Positions 8,716 through 18,433 of a DNA stretch of 64,000 bases are shown here, piece by piece; the stretch's first letter is position 1; each line of letters begins with the position of its first letter. Source of the stretch: Bythopirellula sp. (GTDB lineage: Bacteria; Planctomycetota; Planctomycetia; Pirellulales; Lacipirellulaceae); the NCBI GenBank assembly GCA_041737835.1, contig JBGSQY010000031.1, one strand, 5' to 3'. A program made the translations under genes and the position numbers. The notes beneath the pieces are model-generated. The model did not search any database. It was not told where the DNA came from and was given only the letters and a program-made list of their open reading frames with translations.

Positions 8716-9992
8716 GCCGCCGCACGGCTCTCTTGCTGAGCCAGTATTCCAAACACCGAATTGTGCAGCCGCAATTCCGCAGTCCTTGCCCTGTTGATCA
8801 TCCCGCGAAAGTAAGCGGCGGGCTTCTCGACCACGTTTTCCGTCCGTTCGGTGGCCCTGTCGGTCACGAGCAAACACAACGCGGCTCCGGTGCGACCCAG
8901 AATTTCGCACGCTTCTCCCCAACTCGCTTGCGAAATCCCAAGCGGCGTTCGCAAACGGTAGGCTGCTTCAATCAAATCGGACCAAGTGGGTTCTGGCGGT
9001 AAGAGTTCTTGAAGCCGTTCACTGGCTGCCGCAATCGCCATCGCTAGTGAAATATGAGCTATCCCCGAGCTTGTGACGGGGTCAGTGGCCTCAGGACGAG
9101 CCGCTACGCTTCCCTGCAAGCCCTCGTCGGCCCGACTACTATCCTTATTTATTTTTAGAGTTGTGTATTTGTAGTGGGCGAACGGAGGTTCGCTTGTGCA
9201 TGTACCTTTATTGGTTTTTTCTGGAATAGAACGCGGTGGAGGGGCTTCAAGAGTTTCGACCTTCCCTACTCCCATTCCTTCCAATATCGCGTTATGGAGC
9301 GATTGATGACGGGCTAACAGCGTCCGCATGGTTTCAAGATCCAAATGCGTGCGAAGCTGAATAGCGATTTGATCGTATCGTTTTTCATATTCGTTTAACA
9401 AAACAAAAGCCCCCTCCTCCTGCTGCCATTCGAGCAGGAGCGAGCGAATTTGGCGGCGGTAGAACGATATCTCACGCTTGCATGCCAGCCACGCCTGATC
9501 GTGGAGTTGTTTTTCGTGCAGCATGTCCTGCAATTGCTCGCGGAGATACGCGAGCGGCGTCAGGTCGACGCCATAGGCGTAGAGAATTTTTCCCGATTGG
9601 GAATCACGCTGTCCGTAGCGTTTGTGATTTCCAGAATCGCTCCATGTGATGGCTCCCAATTCAAACAAAGCCTTCTCAAGCTTTTGAACTTGCCGTTCGC
9701 AAACGCCTAAATCGAGTGCCGTGCGAGATAACGACTGGTAAACAATCGGTCGTGACCCCCGCTCCCAATCGATTTCTCTCGTAAACGCAAAATAATAATC
9801 CAAGAGTTGCATCATGCGGGGCGTAAAACCTGCCGCCTTCCCTACCCGTTTGACCAGCAATAGTAACTCGTAGCGGTCGATCCCCTCCTCCAGTCCGGTA
9901 AAATCTTCGCTGCGAATAAGCGATTGCCGGTAAGCGGGCGAGCTCACGCGGCCCCCTCCTCGCTGATCATGATTGGTATAGGTCTCTAGCAT
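8712..9992 (-). CDS. repC: Plasmid replication initiator, RepC family
   Basis: PIVYQS...LEKALFELGAITWSDSGNHKRYGQRD...YAYGVDLTPL and C-terminal VEKPAAYFRGMINRARTAELRL; likely start ATG 9992 (426 aa). Confidence 0.85.
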   Translation of the reverse strand: MLETYTNHDQRGGGRVSSPAYRQSLIRSEDFTGLEEGIDRYELLLLVKRVGKAAGFTPRMMQLLDYYFAFTREIDWERGSRPIVYQSLSRTALDLGVCERQVQKLEKALFELGAITWSDSGNHKRYGQRDSQSGKILYAYGVDLTPLAYLREQLQDMLHEKQLHDQAWLACKREISFYRRQIRSLLLEWQQEEGAFVLLNEYEKRYDQIAIQLRTHLDLETMRTLLARHQSLHNAILEGMGVGKVETLEAPPPRSIPEKTNKGTCTSEPPFAHYKYTTLKINKDSSRADEGLQGSVAARPEATDPVTSSGIAHISLAMAIAAASERLQELLPPEPTWSDLIEAAYRLRTPLGISQASWGEACEILGRTGAALCLLVTDRATERTENVVEKPAAYFRGMINRARTAELRLHNSVFGILAQQESRAAA

Positions 9993-10104
9993 GGTTTCTC
10001 TAGCGTTACCGCGAGCTAACAAGCAGCATTCAAGGGTGTGCAAAAACTCCTTGCCGAACCAGAATTTGGTTTGCAACATGAGAATACTTGCGCTAGAGTG
10101 AGAG

Positions 10105-10170
10105 TGTTGATTACCTCAGCTCCAACGCTATTTGCCAAGTCACCGCCGCGCCAACGGCGGTTTCTTTTTA
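10105..10170 (+). ncRNA. Candidate counter-transcribed antisense RNA (ctRNA) upstream of repC
   Basis: TTGCAA (10071-76), 17 nt, TAGAGT (10094-99); hairpin ACCGCCG/CGGCGGT (10142-10161) plus T-tract; antisense to repC leader. Confidence 0.5.
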
Positions 10171-10310
10171 TCTAAAACGTGCCGGTCAAGCTTACGGGTC
10201 GGACGCCCTCCTTGGTTGGTTAAGTTGGCAAGTGGAGATGCCAGAACGGCCCTCCGATAGATAAGAATGGCCACGATTCGGCCTTCTCATGAAGTGACTG
10301 TACATGATTC

Positions 10311-10566
10311 CTGCACAGATTTCGATCAAAAACTGTGCGTCCATCCCTGACCAGCATTGACCAATGAACAATGGGGTGTGCAGCACCCGAAGCTGCACAG
10401 TTTTTCTGAAGCTGTTAAGGGCGGCGTATTCCAAGTGTGCAGTGGTGCCTACCGCACTTGTTCATTGTTGACCAGTGGTCAGTGACCTGGACAGCACACG
10501 CTGCACAATTGGGTGAGCAGGGGTGTTCATTCTGTCCTGCACACGGCTGCACAGTTCCCTGTGCAT
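10311..10566. repeat. Cluster of CTGCACA heptamers in both orientations
   Basis: Exact copies at 10311, 10377(rc), 10393, 10436(rc), 10501, 10537, 10547; near copy at 10560. Confidence 0.8.
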
Positions 10567-10620
10567 AGCTGCAAATGGCACTGCGTTAAACGCTTGCGCG
10601 GCCAATTAAAGTAGTGATAG

Positions 10621-11802
10621 GTTATCCACTGCGGCTGTGACCCGCGAGGAATCACGACCACAAAATACCATCTGCGGAACGGTACTTGTTTCAATTTTGA
10701 TCCTGGTGGTCAAAGTGCTTACGAAACTGATGGCTATAACCTGCTCAAGGATGTCCATGTGGAAAAGCCTGGTGCCATAGGCCGTTTAATGGCGCTCGCT
10801 GCGGGCTCTTTCCCGGACAATCACAACGTTAAGGACCAATGGTACATAAAAGGGCCAAAGACCGGGCTCGCCTCGACCTGGGGGCATTTTCTCTCAGCTA
10901 GCGACGATCCCAGCAAACATAACGTGGTTTATGGTCTGCAACGGCTTTTGGGAATTGATCCCCTGACAGGGATTGCCGAACCGCGTAATCAGGAAAAGTT
11001 GTTTCAAGAAATGATGCGAAATCCGTCCCTCAACGGCTGGATTCAAACCGTCGCATGTTCCTTGTACCAGCTAGGAGAAAAGAACTTCGGTGCCCTCAAT
11101 TCTGAATTGCAAACGAATGCTGGGTGGATGCTAGATCCCACAATGACAGAGGTGTTGACCAAACCATCCAGCTTCAGTCTTGACTGTCTCGGCCATGATG
11201 ATTGGCCAGTAACGGCGTTTTTTACACCTCCTCGGGGAGAGAAGGTGGCCAATGCTTGGCTGCGTTCAATTTTCGAGTTGATGCAAGTTGTGTTTCAACA
11301 GCAGGAGCATGTCCCAAAGTATTCAACCGGTATAATTTGCGACGAATTTAAATTTTGGGGAAGCGACGTAACATCGGCAAGAGACTCACTGAACGTCATG
11401 AGGGACAAAAATGTAGCCCTCCATATTTATACCCAGAGCTATGCCCAATTACTCGAAATGGCCGGCGAGCAGGGGGCAGCAGAAATGCTGTCAGCATGCT
11501 GTCTCCAAGTGTTTGGCTGTAACGATCTGATCACACGGAAGATGATTCGAGAAAAACTTGGTCGCACTCAGTACCGGAAATGGGGTCGTGCCTCAGACTG
11601 CCCCACGGCAGTCGATGTGCTGTCTGATGACTCTATCGACCGTTATTTGAGCCGTAGCTCACCACTGCAAATAGTTATGCCTCCCGATACTCCCGCCATG
11701 ATGTTGGGTCGGCTCGCATACAAAACGCTGCGAACGAAGGAGGGGACGTATTACGAAGGGCTCCCTCTCAAAGGGCATTACGACGATCACTTGGGCCATT
11801 AA
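10621..11802 (+). pseudogene. 5'-truncated VirD4/TraG-like type IV coupling protein
   Basis: Frame open from 10621 (CDPRG...FNFDPGG...YNLL), Walker B-like IICDEF, HIYTQSYAQL; no Walker A, TAG at 10618. Confidence 0.65.
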
Positions 11803-11819
11803 ATCAAAACCACTCGGCG

Positions 11820-12239
11820 ATGGCGATTACTATGAACTCTGACCACTTTAAGAATGTTCCCGCTTTGAAACATGATTTTGACGAGACGCATGAGCAAGCT
11901 CTTCCTCTCGAACACGATGCTGTGAATTGGGAACTGACCGAAGAGCCTGAGATAGAGCTACCTTCCGAAAAGCATTTTGAATTGCATTACACGCCTGGCG
12001 GGGCATTAGAGCAGGAGGTCCATACACAGATTGATCAAGCCGCACGGAGAAGGATCGAAGAGCGAGACTATGTTGAACCAGCCCATGAGTTGCCCGATGA
12101 GCAGGAACTCAATTTTGGAGATAACTTCAACAGATTCAGCCGAGCGGGAGATAAAAGAGAAGAACGTGGTGATGACTTGACGGCGTCAAGATTTGAGCGT
12201 GGGCGAGGACGTAACCATAACTACGAGCGCGAACATTAA
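11820..12239 (+). CDS. Acidic hypothetical protein
   Basis: 139 aa ORF 17 bp after the T4CP remnant, same strand. Confidence 0.55.
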   Translation: MAITMNSDHFKNVPALKHDFDETHEQALPLEHDAVNWELTEEPEIELPSEKHFELHYTPGGALEQEVHTQIDQAARRRIEERDYVEPAHELPDEQELNFGDNFNRFSRAGDKREERGDDLTASRFERGRGRNHNYEREH

Positions 12240-12250
12240 AGGAGCAAATC

Positions 12251-12694
12251 ATGCAAAAGGCACTTAAGAATTGTGTCGCGGCATTGGCGAAATCACGACC
12301 CGCCCTTGTTGCCGACCACAAGGCAAAGCTGGCCGAAGCAGCAGAGATTCTTGAAGCGATTGCTGAAGTCGACAAATCGACTGAAAAACTTAACGAGATA
12401 CTCAAGAGAATGAGGGATGAAGCAAAGGTTCCTGTAAAAGTCAGCAACTGCACCAACAAAGTTGAGATCATGGAGCTTATCGCGGAAGTGATGGCTGCTG
12501 ATCAGCACGTCTCAAAAGTGAATTTGAAGAAGGAAGTGGCGGCGAAGCTTCGTAAGCGCAAACGCAACCTTTCCATTTACTCAAAGTTATTTGATGAGTG
12601 CGTAGAGGAAGTTGACTTTACCACCATGGTGACTGAAGAATTGGCCCTCGCGAAAGCTCGCAGTAACTCCGTTGCCACCGTCAAGGCGGGCTAA
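12251..12694 (+). CDS. Hypothetical helical protein
   Basis: RBS AAGGAG, 147 aa, operonic with HTH genes. Confidence 0.65.
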   Translation: MQKALKNCVAALAKSRPALVADHKAKLAEAAEILEAIAEVDKSTEKLNEILKRMRDEAKVPVKVSNCTNKVEIMELIAEVMAADQHVSKVNLKKEVAAKLRKRKRNLSIYSKLFDECVEEVDFTTMVTEELALAKARSNSVATVKAG

Positions 12695-12696
12695 CC

Positions 12697-12942
12697 ATGG
12701 ATGCAATTACCGACCCATCAGTCAATCAAGGCCAGCTCTTGACAATCCAGCAAGTCGCAAAGCGTCTCAATGTCTCGATACGTACTGTTCAACGTCTTCG
12801 TCGAAAGGAAGCTTTGCCTCAGCCGATGCAATTGGGCGGTAGCGTCCGTTGGAACCCCGAAACTATCGAAACTTGGATAAAGCTTGGCTGTCCTGGGGCG
12901 AGTACGAATGCGTTGGTGGGGAAAGCGAATAGTCGACCATGA
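12697..12942 (+). CDS. AlpA/excisionase-like HTH protein
   Basis: LLTIQQVAKRLNVSIRTVQRL...PMQLGGSVRW. Confidence 0.85.
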   Translation: MDAITDPSVNQGQLLTIQQVAKRLNVSIRTVQRLRRKEALPQPMQLGGSVRWNPETIETWIKLGCPGASTNALVGKANSRP

Positions 12943-13214
12943 TGCGCTTATTGACTGTCAATGATGCGAGCGAGCAGCTGACGTTGAGCCGTTCGACAAT
13001 CTACAGTGAGGTCAATAAAGGCCGCATGAGCCATATTCGACTCGCTGATGGCAGCATTCGCTTTCAACAAGCCCACCTCGACGCTTACGTCGCTGCTCGC
13101 GAAGTCCTGGCCTGCTCGCCGACAAAAAGCCAGCGAACCGCGAAAAGGGCCCCAAGAGCCCCATCGCGGTTCCGCCATATCGATGTCAGCCGACAGCTTG
13201 GCAAGCGAAAGTAA
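12939..13214 (+). CDS. Excisionase-like HTH_17 protein
   Basis: LLTVNDASEQLTLSRSTIYSEV...IRF; ATGA overlap with previous gene. Confidence 0.8.
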   Translation: MMRLLTVNDASEQLTLSRSTIYSEVNKGRMSHIRLADGSIRFQQAHLDAYVAAREVLACSPTKSQRTAKRAPRAPSRFRHIDVSRQLGKRK

Positions 13215-14220
13215 CCAAATGCTCCTGAGCGACGTGGGTGTATCGCTCCGTCGTTTGGGTCGATGTGTGGCCAAGTAGCTGGCTTGTCATCTTGAGATTG
13301 CCAGTCTTGAGAATGGCGTTGGTCGCCGCCCTATGCCGCAAAGTGTAGGGAATAACTTTGGAATCAAATCCGGCACGCTTCCGAATATTCTGGACACGTT
13401 GGTCAATGGCATTGACGGTCCACGGTTCACCCCGCGAATTGATGAAGCAGTGAGTACTTGTGGAATGTTTTTTCAGCCACTTCAACAACCGCATCATCTT
13501 CGGAACCAAAGGTATGACTTTGGGTCGACCCGTCGAGCGGCGGGTTTTGTGTTGAGCGAGCAGGGCAATGTTTTGCTCCCAATGAATGTCACTCCACTGC
13601 AAGCGGATCAACTCGCCAGGTCTGCAAAACGTCCAGTCCATGGCGAGCAACACGCGGCGAAACTCCGCTCCGCGACGGTGGTTGTTCTTGGGATTGGTGG
13701 CCCGCAGCATGGCTTGAAATTCTTTGTCCGTGAGATACCGATCACGGCGGACACTCGTGGGTTTACGAATTCGGCCAAGCGAGTGGGGCGGAATGATTTG
13801 CTCTTCAACGCCCCAATTGAAGCAGCGTTGTACAGAACGCAAAACAATCCCCTGCGTCGTGGAATTGAGCCGTTTTTCCAGGGCAATTGTGAAGTGCCGA
13901 ACATGGAGCGGCTTGATGGTATGAGCGGGCAAAGCCCCATACTCATCAACAAACATTTGGCAGCCGTAACGATACGAGTCGTACGTTTTGGGAGCCAAGT
14001 TCCGCTGCACGTCCTCCAAGAATTCTTCGCAGAGTGCGGCGACGGTCAGCGGACCATCGACCGTCCCCAAGAGCTTTCGCTCGGCGAGAAGGGCGTCCAA
14101 TTTCTCTTGGGCAAGCTGCTTGTTCTTACGTCCCTTGGCGAGACAGAGACGTTTGCCGTCGATCTGCGTGGCCCAATACTTTTTGGCGGACCACCACCAC
14201 AAACTCGGTTGCGTAGCCAT
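13186..14220 (-). CDS. Tyrosine recombinase/integrase
   Basis: RPGELIRL, HKT, YTLRH, LLGH, TTERY catalytic set; RBS GAGG before ATG 14220. Confidence 0.95.
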   Translation of the reverse strand: MATQPSLWWWSAKKYWATQIDGKRLCLAKGRKNKQLAQEKLDALLAERKLLGTVDGPLTVAALCEEFLEDVQRNLAPKTYDSYRYGCQMFVDEYGALPAHTIKPLHVRHFTIALEKRLNSTTQGIVLRSVQRCFNWGVEEQIIPPHSLGRIRKPTSVRRDRYLTDKEFQAMLRATNPKNNHRRGAEFRRVLLAMDWTFCRPGELIRLQWSDIHWEQNIALLAQHKTRRSTGRPKVIPLVPKMMRLLKWLKKHSTSTHCFINSRGEPWTVNAIDQRVQNIRKRAGFDSKVIPYTLRHRAATNAILKTGNLKMTSQLLGHTSTQTTERYTHVAQEHLVTFACQAVG

Positions 14221-14254
14221 CGAAATCCTCACGAAAAAAGCTGGTCTCAGTCAC

Positions 14255-14279
14255 GAGGCGTGTACCTGAGGCGTGTACC
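14255..14279. repeat. 12-bp direct repeat pair, candidate integrase arm-type sites
   Basis: GAGGCGTGTACC at 14255-14266 and 14268-14279. Confidence 0.6.
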
Positions 14280-14311
14280 AGGAGTCTTTTCGTAAGGCTT
14301 CTGTTTGTGTG

Positions 14312-14341
14312 CCCTTGCCGTAACTTCAATTGCGGCAAGGG
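14312..14341. repeat. Perfect 9-bp inverted repeat next to tRNA 3' end
   Basis: CCCTTGCCG-N12-CGGCAAGGG. Confidence 0.7.
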
Positions 14342-14352
14342 TATTATATCAG

Positions 14353-14425
<73 letters not shown>

Positions 14426-14537
14426 TCGCAAGAATGCTTTCGAGAGGCTCATCACGACAATTCGTGCCGAGTCCAGCATTTTAGCGAACTTCGCCCCGAG
14501 CGACAGGGGGTGGGAATGCCTTCAGAAACGCGCTTTT

Positions 14538-15686
14538 TTACTCGATCCGCGACATGCGGCGATAAAATTCGTCTTCGAGCTTGGCAAAATCGTTGCCAAA
14601 GTGCCGTGTGAAGTCGGCCAGGCGCTGCTTTTTATCCGACGGAGTGAGCAACGGCTTCTCGGCAATTGCTTTGAGATACGCCACATACTCGTCGGTGTGC
14701 CAGGTGATCAGAAAATAGGTCCATGCCCACGCCTCGGCGTAGGCATCCACGGCGGTTCGCGAGTTGCGAAAAACATTGTCGTCGACGATCAAGCTCCGCA
14801 GCGTGCCAACTTTGTCGGCATTGGCATTGTTGCGATAGCGGTCCCAGCGGTCGTAGTTAACTTTGCCGATGCCCCCCCAACTCCGATTGCTGAACAAGTC
14901 CGGTGTCTCGCAAAACATGGCCAGCCCCTCGGCCAGCCAGATGGGATTGTCCGCGAATCGTTTTTGCAGACCGCAGTTGAAAGCGATCTGATGCGTCGCT
15001 TCATGCACAATCGTCGCAACCAAGTGCGCGGCGGCGGGATCGCTCAACATCGCGCTGATATCGCCTAAAGATCCACGCCGGGTTTCTTCGCGCCGAAGTG
15101 CCTGAACTTCGGTCAGGTCGTACATCGTGATCCGGTTGGATTGTAAACTGTAAAAGCCGATGGCCGACCCTGCGGCTGGGCCGAGTTCGTCACGAGCGTA
15201 ATTGAGATAGCTCGCCTTGTCGGCAAAGATCACAACCACGAGTGGCGCTTCGGGTTCTTTGATGTCGCAACCCTTTTTCTTCCAATAAGCCAGAAAGCCC
15301 TTTTGCAAACGCTCAAGCAGCGAGCTCGTCCACTGGGCATACTTACGGGTTGTGTTGTAAACAACCACATAATGCTTGGATTGATAAACCTGAAATCCGG
15401 GCCCCATTTCTTTAAGCAATCGCTCGGCGAATTCGTCTTTGTCGAGCGGCTTGAGCTCTTCAGCGTTGCTTTCACGACTCTGAATAGTGTCGGCCATGAT
15501 TTGCACCATGGCCCCTTCGTCGGTTTCCAGCAACATGCTCCCCACGGAGTCTTCAACCACAACCTTGCCGGAATACTGCTTCGACCGGCCCTCGACGTTC
15601 ACCAACACGGTTTCGAGGGCCTGCGCGTAAGGAGCCTGCCAACTCACCACAGCCAGGAACAAGATAAGAGTCGATCGCAAGGACAT
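14538..15686 (-). CDS. DUF1570-like secreted protein (zincin HExxH)
   Basis: Signal peptide; HEATHQ, WLAEGLAMFCE. Confidence 0.8.
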   Translation of the reverse strand: MSLRSTLILFLAVVSWQAPYAQALETVLVNVEGRSKQYSGKVVVEDSVGSMLLETDEGAMVQIMADTIQSRESNAEELKPLDKDEFAERLLKEMGPGFQVYQSKHYVVVYNTTRKYAQWTSSLLERLQKGFLAYWKKKGCDIKEPEAPLVVVIFADKASYLNYARDELGPAAGSAIGFYSLQSNRITMYDLTEVQALRREETRRGSLGDISAMLSDPAAAHLVATIVHEATHQIAFNCGLQKRFADNPIWLAEGLAMFCETPDLFSNRSWGGIGKVNYDRWDRYRNNANADKVGTLRSLIVDDNVFRNSRTAVDAYAEAWAWTYFLITWHTDEYVAYLKAIAEKPLLTPSDKKQRLADFTRHFGNDFAKLEDEFYRRMSRIE

Positions 15687-15789
15687 GGGCCGACGAATAG
15701 GAGTGCAGGGATTCACCATCTGTATTGTAACCCCGCTCGGCCCCGTGTGGTTCGCACGATTGGCCGATGACCGGCAAAAGACGGCGGAA

Positions 15790-17283
15790 TTACCACTTCA
15801 ACCCGAACTTTTCGCCGCCGCTGGGGCCGCTAATCCCACCCTTCAGGTTCTTGTCCGATTCCCGTTCACGACGTTGGAGCGACTCCACGGGCGGATGGTC
15901 CGGCTCTCTGGGCTCGTGCTTCGGCCTTTCGGGAGCGGGCAGCAAGGCTTTGAGCGACAGCCCAATCCGCTGGGCATCGCGGTCAAAGGAAACAACCTTC
16001 ACTTCGACTTCCTGGCCTTCGCTCACCACGTCGCTGGAACGCTGCACCCGGCCGTGGCCCATTTCCGAGATATGGATCAAACCTTCGACACCGGGGGCCA
16101 ATCTCACGAACGCACCAAACTGCATCAGCTTGGAAACCGTCCCCTTCACGCGGGCACCGACGGGAAACTTTTGTTGGGCATCGTCCCAAGGATTGGCGGC
16201 GAGTTCCCGATAGCCGAGCGAGATCTTGCCGGTCTCGGTGTTGATCTTTTCGATCTTCACCTTCACGGCTTGGCCAACTGTCAGTACGTCCTTGGGATGC
16301 GTCACGCGATCCCAGCTCAATTGGCTCACGTGGATCATGCCGTCCACGCCGCCCAGATCAACGAACGCGCCAAAGTCTTGCAAGCTGCGGACGGTCCCTT
16401 CACGCATTTGCCCCGGCGCGAGTTCGGCCAGCAACTTTTGCTTCTGATCTTTGCGTTCGCGCTCCATCAACGCCCGATGGCTGAGCACCAGATTCTTGCG
16501 GCTGCGGTTGGCTTCGGTGATGACACAGGTGAGTCGTTGACCAACGAACTCCTCAGGATTCTCAACGCGATAGATCGAAATCTGACCCATCGGAATAAAG
16601 CCGCGAATGTTGGCGACGTGGCATTCCAAGCCCCCTTTGTTCGCGCCGGTGATGGCCACTTCGACGACCTGACCCGCTTGCACTTCATCCCAATTGCCGA
16701 CGTCGACCGCCGCATTGGTCAGCGACAACTCGTAGAAACCTTGTTCGGCATTGAAACGCGCGACGACGACTTCCATCTGCGCGCCCACTTCAGGCGGTGT
16801 CGATTTCTCAAATTGCTTGAGCGGCAAGACGCCCTGATTGCGATTGCCCAAATCGATAAAAATATCGTCGCGATGAATGCTCACCACCGTTCCGGTCAGT
16901 CGTGTGTCGGAAGCCAACTCCGCACCAGTCACCGTGGGGCCGGTCGCGTCATCGATGATCGAGTCGAGCGATTCGCCACCCAAGGCCGCGGCAAGTTCGG
17001 CTTCTAATTCGGGCGTGAGCGCATCGCGCACATTCGGCGGGGGGAAGTTCGACTTCTTCGGTTCAGGCGTGGTCGATGACCCCGGATGCATTGGCTTGGC
17101 CTTCGGCTGCGCATCGGCTTCGCTCTCGCGCTGCGAACCAATTTGAATCCGCTCACTCGGGCGGTCGGAACTTTCGCCAGTCACAGCATCAACAGCCGCT
17201 GATTGAGTCTCGGTCTCCGACAAACTTGTCGTGGTATCCGTGGCGGGGCTGGTTGACTGGGGGGCATCGGTGTTCGAAGTCAT
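15790..17283 (-). CDS. Ribosomal protein S1-like RNA-binding protein (four S1 domains)
   Basis: Repeated S1 motifs (FGAFVDLGGVDGMIHVSQLS; FGAFVRLAPGVEGLIHISEM); long acidic N-terminus. Confidence 0.9.
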   Translation of the reverse strand: MTSNTDAPQSTSPATDTTTSLSETETQSAAVDAVTGESSDRPSERIQIGSQRESEADAQPKAKPMHPGSSTTPEPKKSNFPPPNVRDALTPELEAELAAALGGESLDSIIDDATGPTVTGAELASDTRLTGTVVSIHRDDIFIDLGNRNQGVLPLKQFEKSTPPEVGAQMEVVVARFNAEQGFYELSLTNAAVDVGNWDEVQAGQVVEVAITGANKGGLECHVANIRGFIPMGQISIYRVENPEEFVGQRLTCVITEANRSRKNLVLSHRALMERERKDQKQKLLAELAPGQMREGTVRSLQDFGAFVDLGGVDGMIHVSQLSWDRVTHPKDVLTVGQAVKVKIEKINTETGKISLGYRELAANPWDDAQQKFPVGARVKGTVSKLMQFGAFVRLAPGVEGLIHISEMGHGRVQRSSDVVSEGQEVEVKVVSFDRDAQRIGLSLKALLPAPERPKHEPREPDHPPVESLQRRERESDKNLKGGISGPSGGEKFGLKW

Positions 17284-17526
17284 ACTAATTACAAAGTCCT
17301 GAGGAGAATCTCACGCAAACGTCGGCGGTAACCAAAGTCGCAAGTTTACCAACCCTTGCCGACGCGACGCAACTATTTCAGCGTTTATCTTGACCACCCC
17401 CGGGCTGGTTTTCTAGGGGCCACGGGCTAACCAACGGTACTTTTGCCTGCCAATTTTGAAGATTTTATGTTGCCTGCGTGACGCTCACGCAAGTTGGCAC
17501 CTTTTGTGCTCCAGAAATAGACAGCT

Positions 17527-18423
17527 TTACGAAGCCGTGCCGAGCAATTCTCGCAGCGGAAAATGAAACTTACCGAGCTTACCACCATAATTGCCTGCCG
17601 AAATGGCAAGCACGCCTTCTCCTGCCGCTGCATGCAGCGCCGCACGCATGGCGTCGGCCACGGCCAGTTCATCGACGCCGTCGATCACGATTTCGTAAGC
17701 ACAGTTGGCCCCTTCGACCAATTCGGTCGGAACGCGGCCACGCAGCGTCGGGCAAAAGGCATCGTTTGTCGACGCCACCATTCCTTGATATTTCGACCCA
17801 ACTTTGCTGCCGCTCCGCACAACCCCACCTGGAAACGGCGTGATCGCGCCGGGCAGAACGCCAATCGCTTCGACAGCGCGTCGCGCCGCAGCCAGTGCCA
17901 CCTCGGCGGTAGTTGCCTGCAAGATAATGTTGCCCCCGGCGACCCCTTTGCCGACGCCGATCTGCTCTTCGACGATGAACTCCCCATCCATCACGGGAAT
18001 TCGCCAATACCGCCGTTCTCCGAGTACTTTGCTTTTCTGAAAGCCATCGCCGAAATAGCGCAAATATTTCCCCAGCGGAATTTGTTCTTCCCCTTCCGCC
18101 AAGCCATCAAACACGGCCGTCGTGGGGCATGTCATCAGGCACTGGCCAACACGGTTGGGAATCGCCTTGGCCAATGCCTGCGTGCTGAATCCAAACGCCA
18201 AAACCGCCGCGCCCGGTCGACCGTCGGGGGTTTCATGGGGGGCGAGCACTTGCTCGAGGCCAATCTCGGCATCGCAACCAATCACCGACGAGCCATAACC
18301 GGTCACTTCGCCGAGCGCAATATCCAGCCAATAGTCATCCGTCGCGGTGACGATCAAACGAACGTACCGCATCCGAAAGGCTTCTGCAAAGGTGTCGACA
18401 ATCAGCGTGGAACCGAGCAGCAT
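17527..18423 (-). CDS. fhcD: Formylmethanofuran-tetrahydromethanopterin formyltransferase
   Basis: [56 protein letters not shown]. Confidence 0.95.
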   Translation of the reverse strand: MLLGSTLIVDTFAEAFRMRYVRLIVTATDDYWLDIALGEVTGYGSSVIGCDAEIGLEQVLAPHETPDGRPGAAVLAFGFSTQALAKAIPNRVGQCLMTCPTTAVFDGLAEGEEQIPLGKYLRYFGDGFQKSKVLGERRYWRIPVMDGEFIVEEQIGVGKGVAGGNIILQATTAEVALAAARRAVEAIGVLPGAITPFPGGVVRSGSKVGSKYQGMVASTNDAFCPTLRGRVPTELVEGANCAYEIVIDGVDELAVADAMRAALHAAAGEGVLAISAGNYGGKLGKFHFPLRELLGTAS

Positions 18424-18433
18424 AGTCCGTGCA

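Larger units (their letters stand above)
1..14352. mobile_element. Integrative element (ICE/IME-like, partly decayed) inserted at the 3' end of tRNA-Lys(CTT); far boundary lies outside the window
   Basis: Tyrosine integrase immediately 3' of the tRNA; two excisionase-like HTH genes, RepC, T4CP and ArdC remnants, TA and defence cargo; no second copy of the tRNA 3' end within the window. Confidence 0.85.

Noticed and set aside
10192-10434. 80-aa minus-strand ORF upstream of repC as repB
   Set aside because: Too short, no ParB motifs, overlaps the heptamer cluster
13333-14295. 320-aa plus-strand ORF
   Set aside because: Antisense shadow of the integrase; no motifs
15685-17007. 440-aa plus-strand ORF
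   Set aside because: Antisense shadow of the S1-like gene, typical of GC-rich codon bias
17527-18423. fhcD as evidence of methanogenesis or archaeal transfer
   Set aside because: H4MPT-linked C1 genes are an established planctomycete trait
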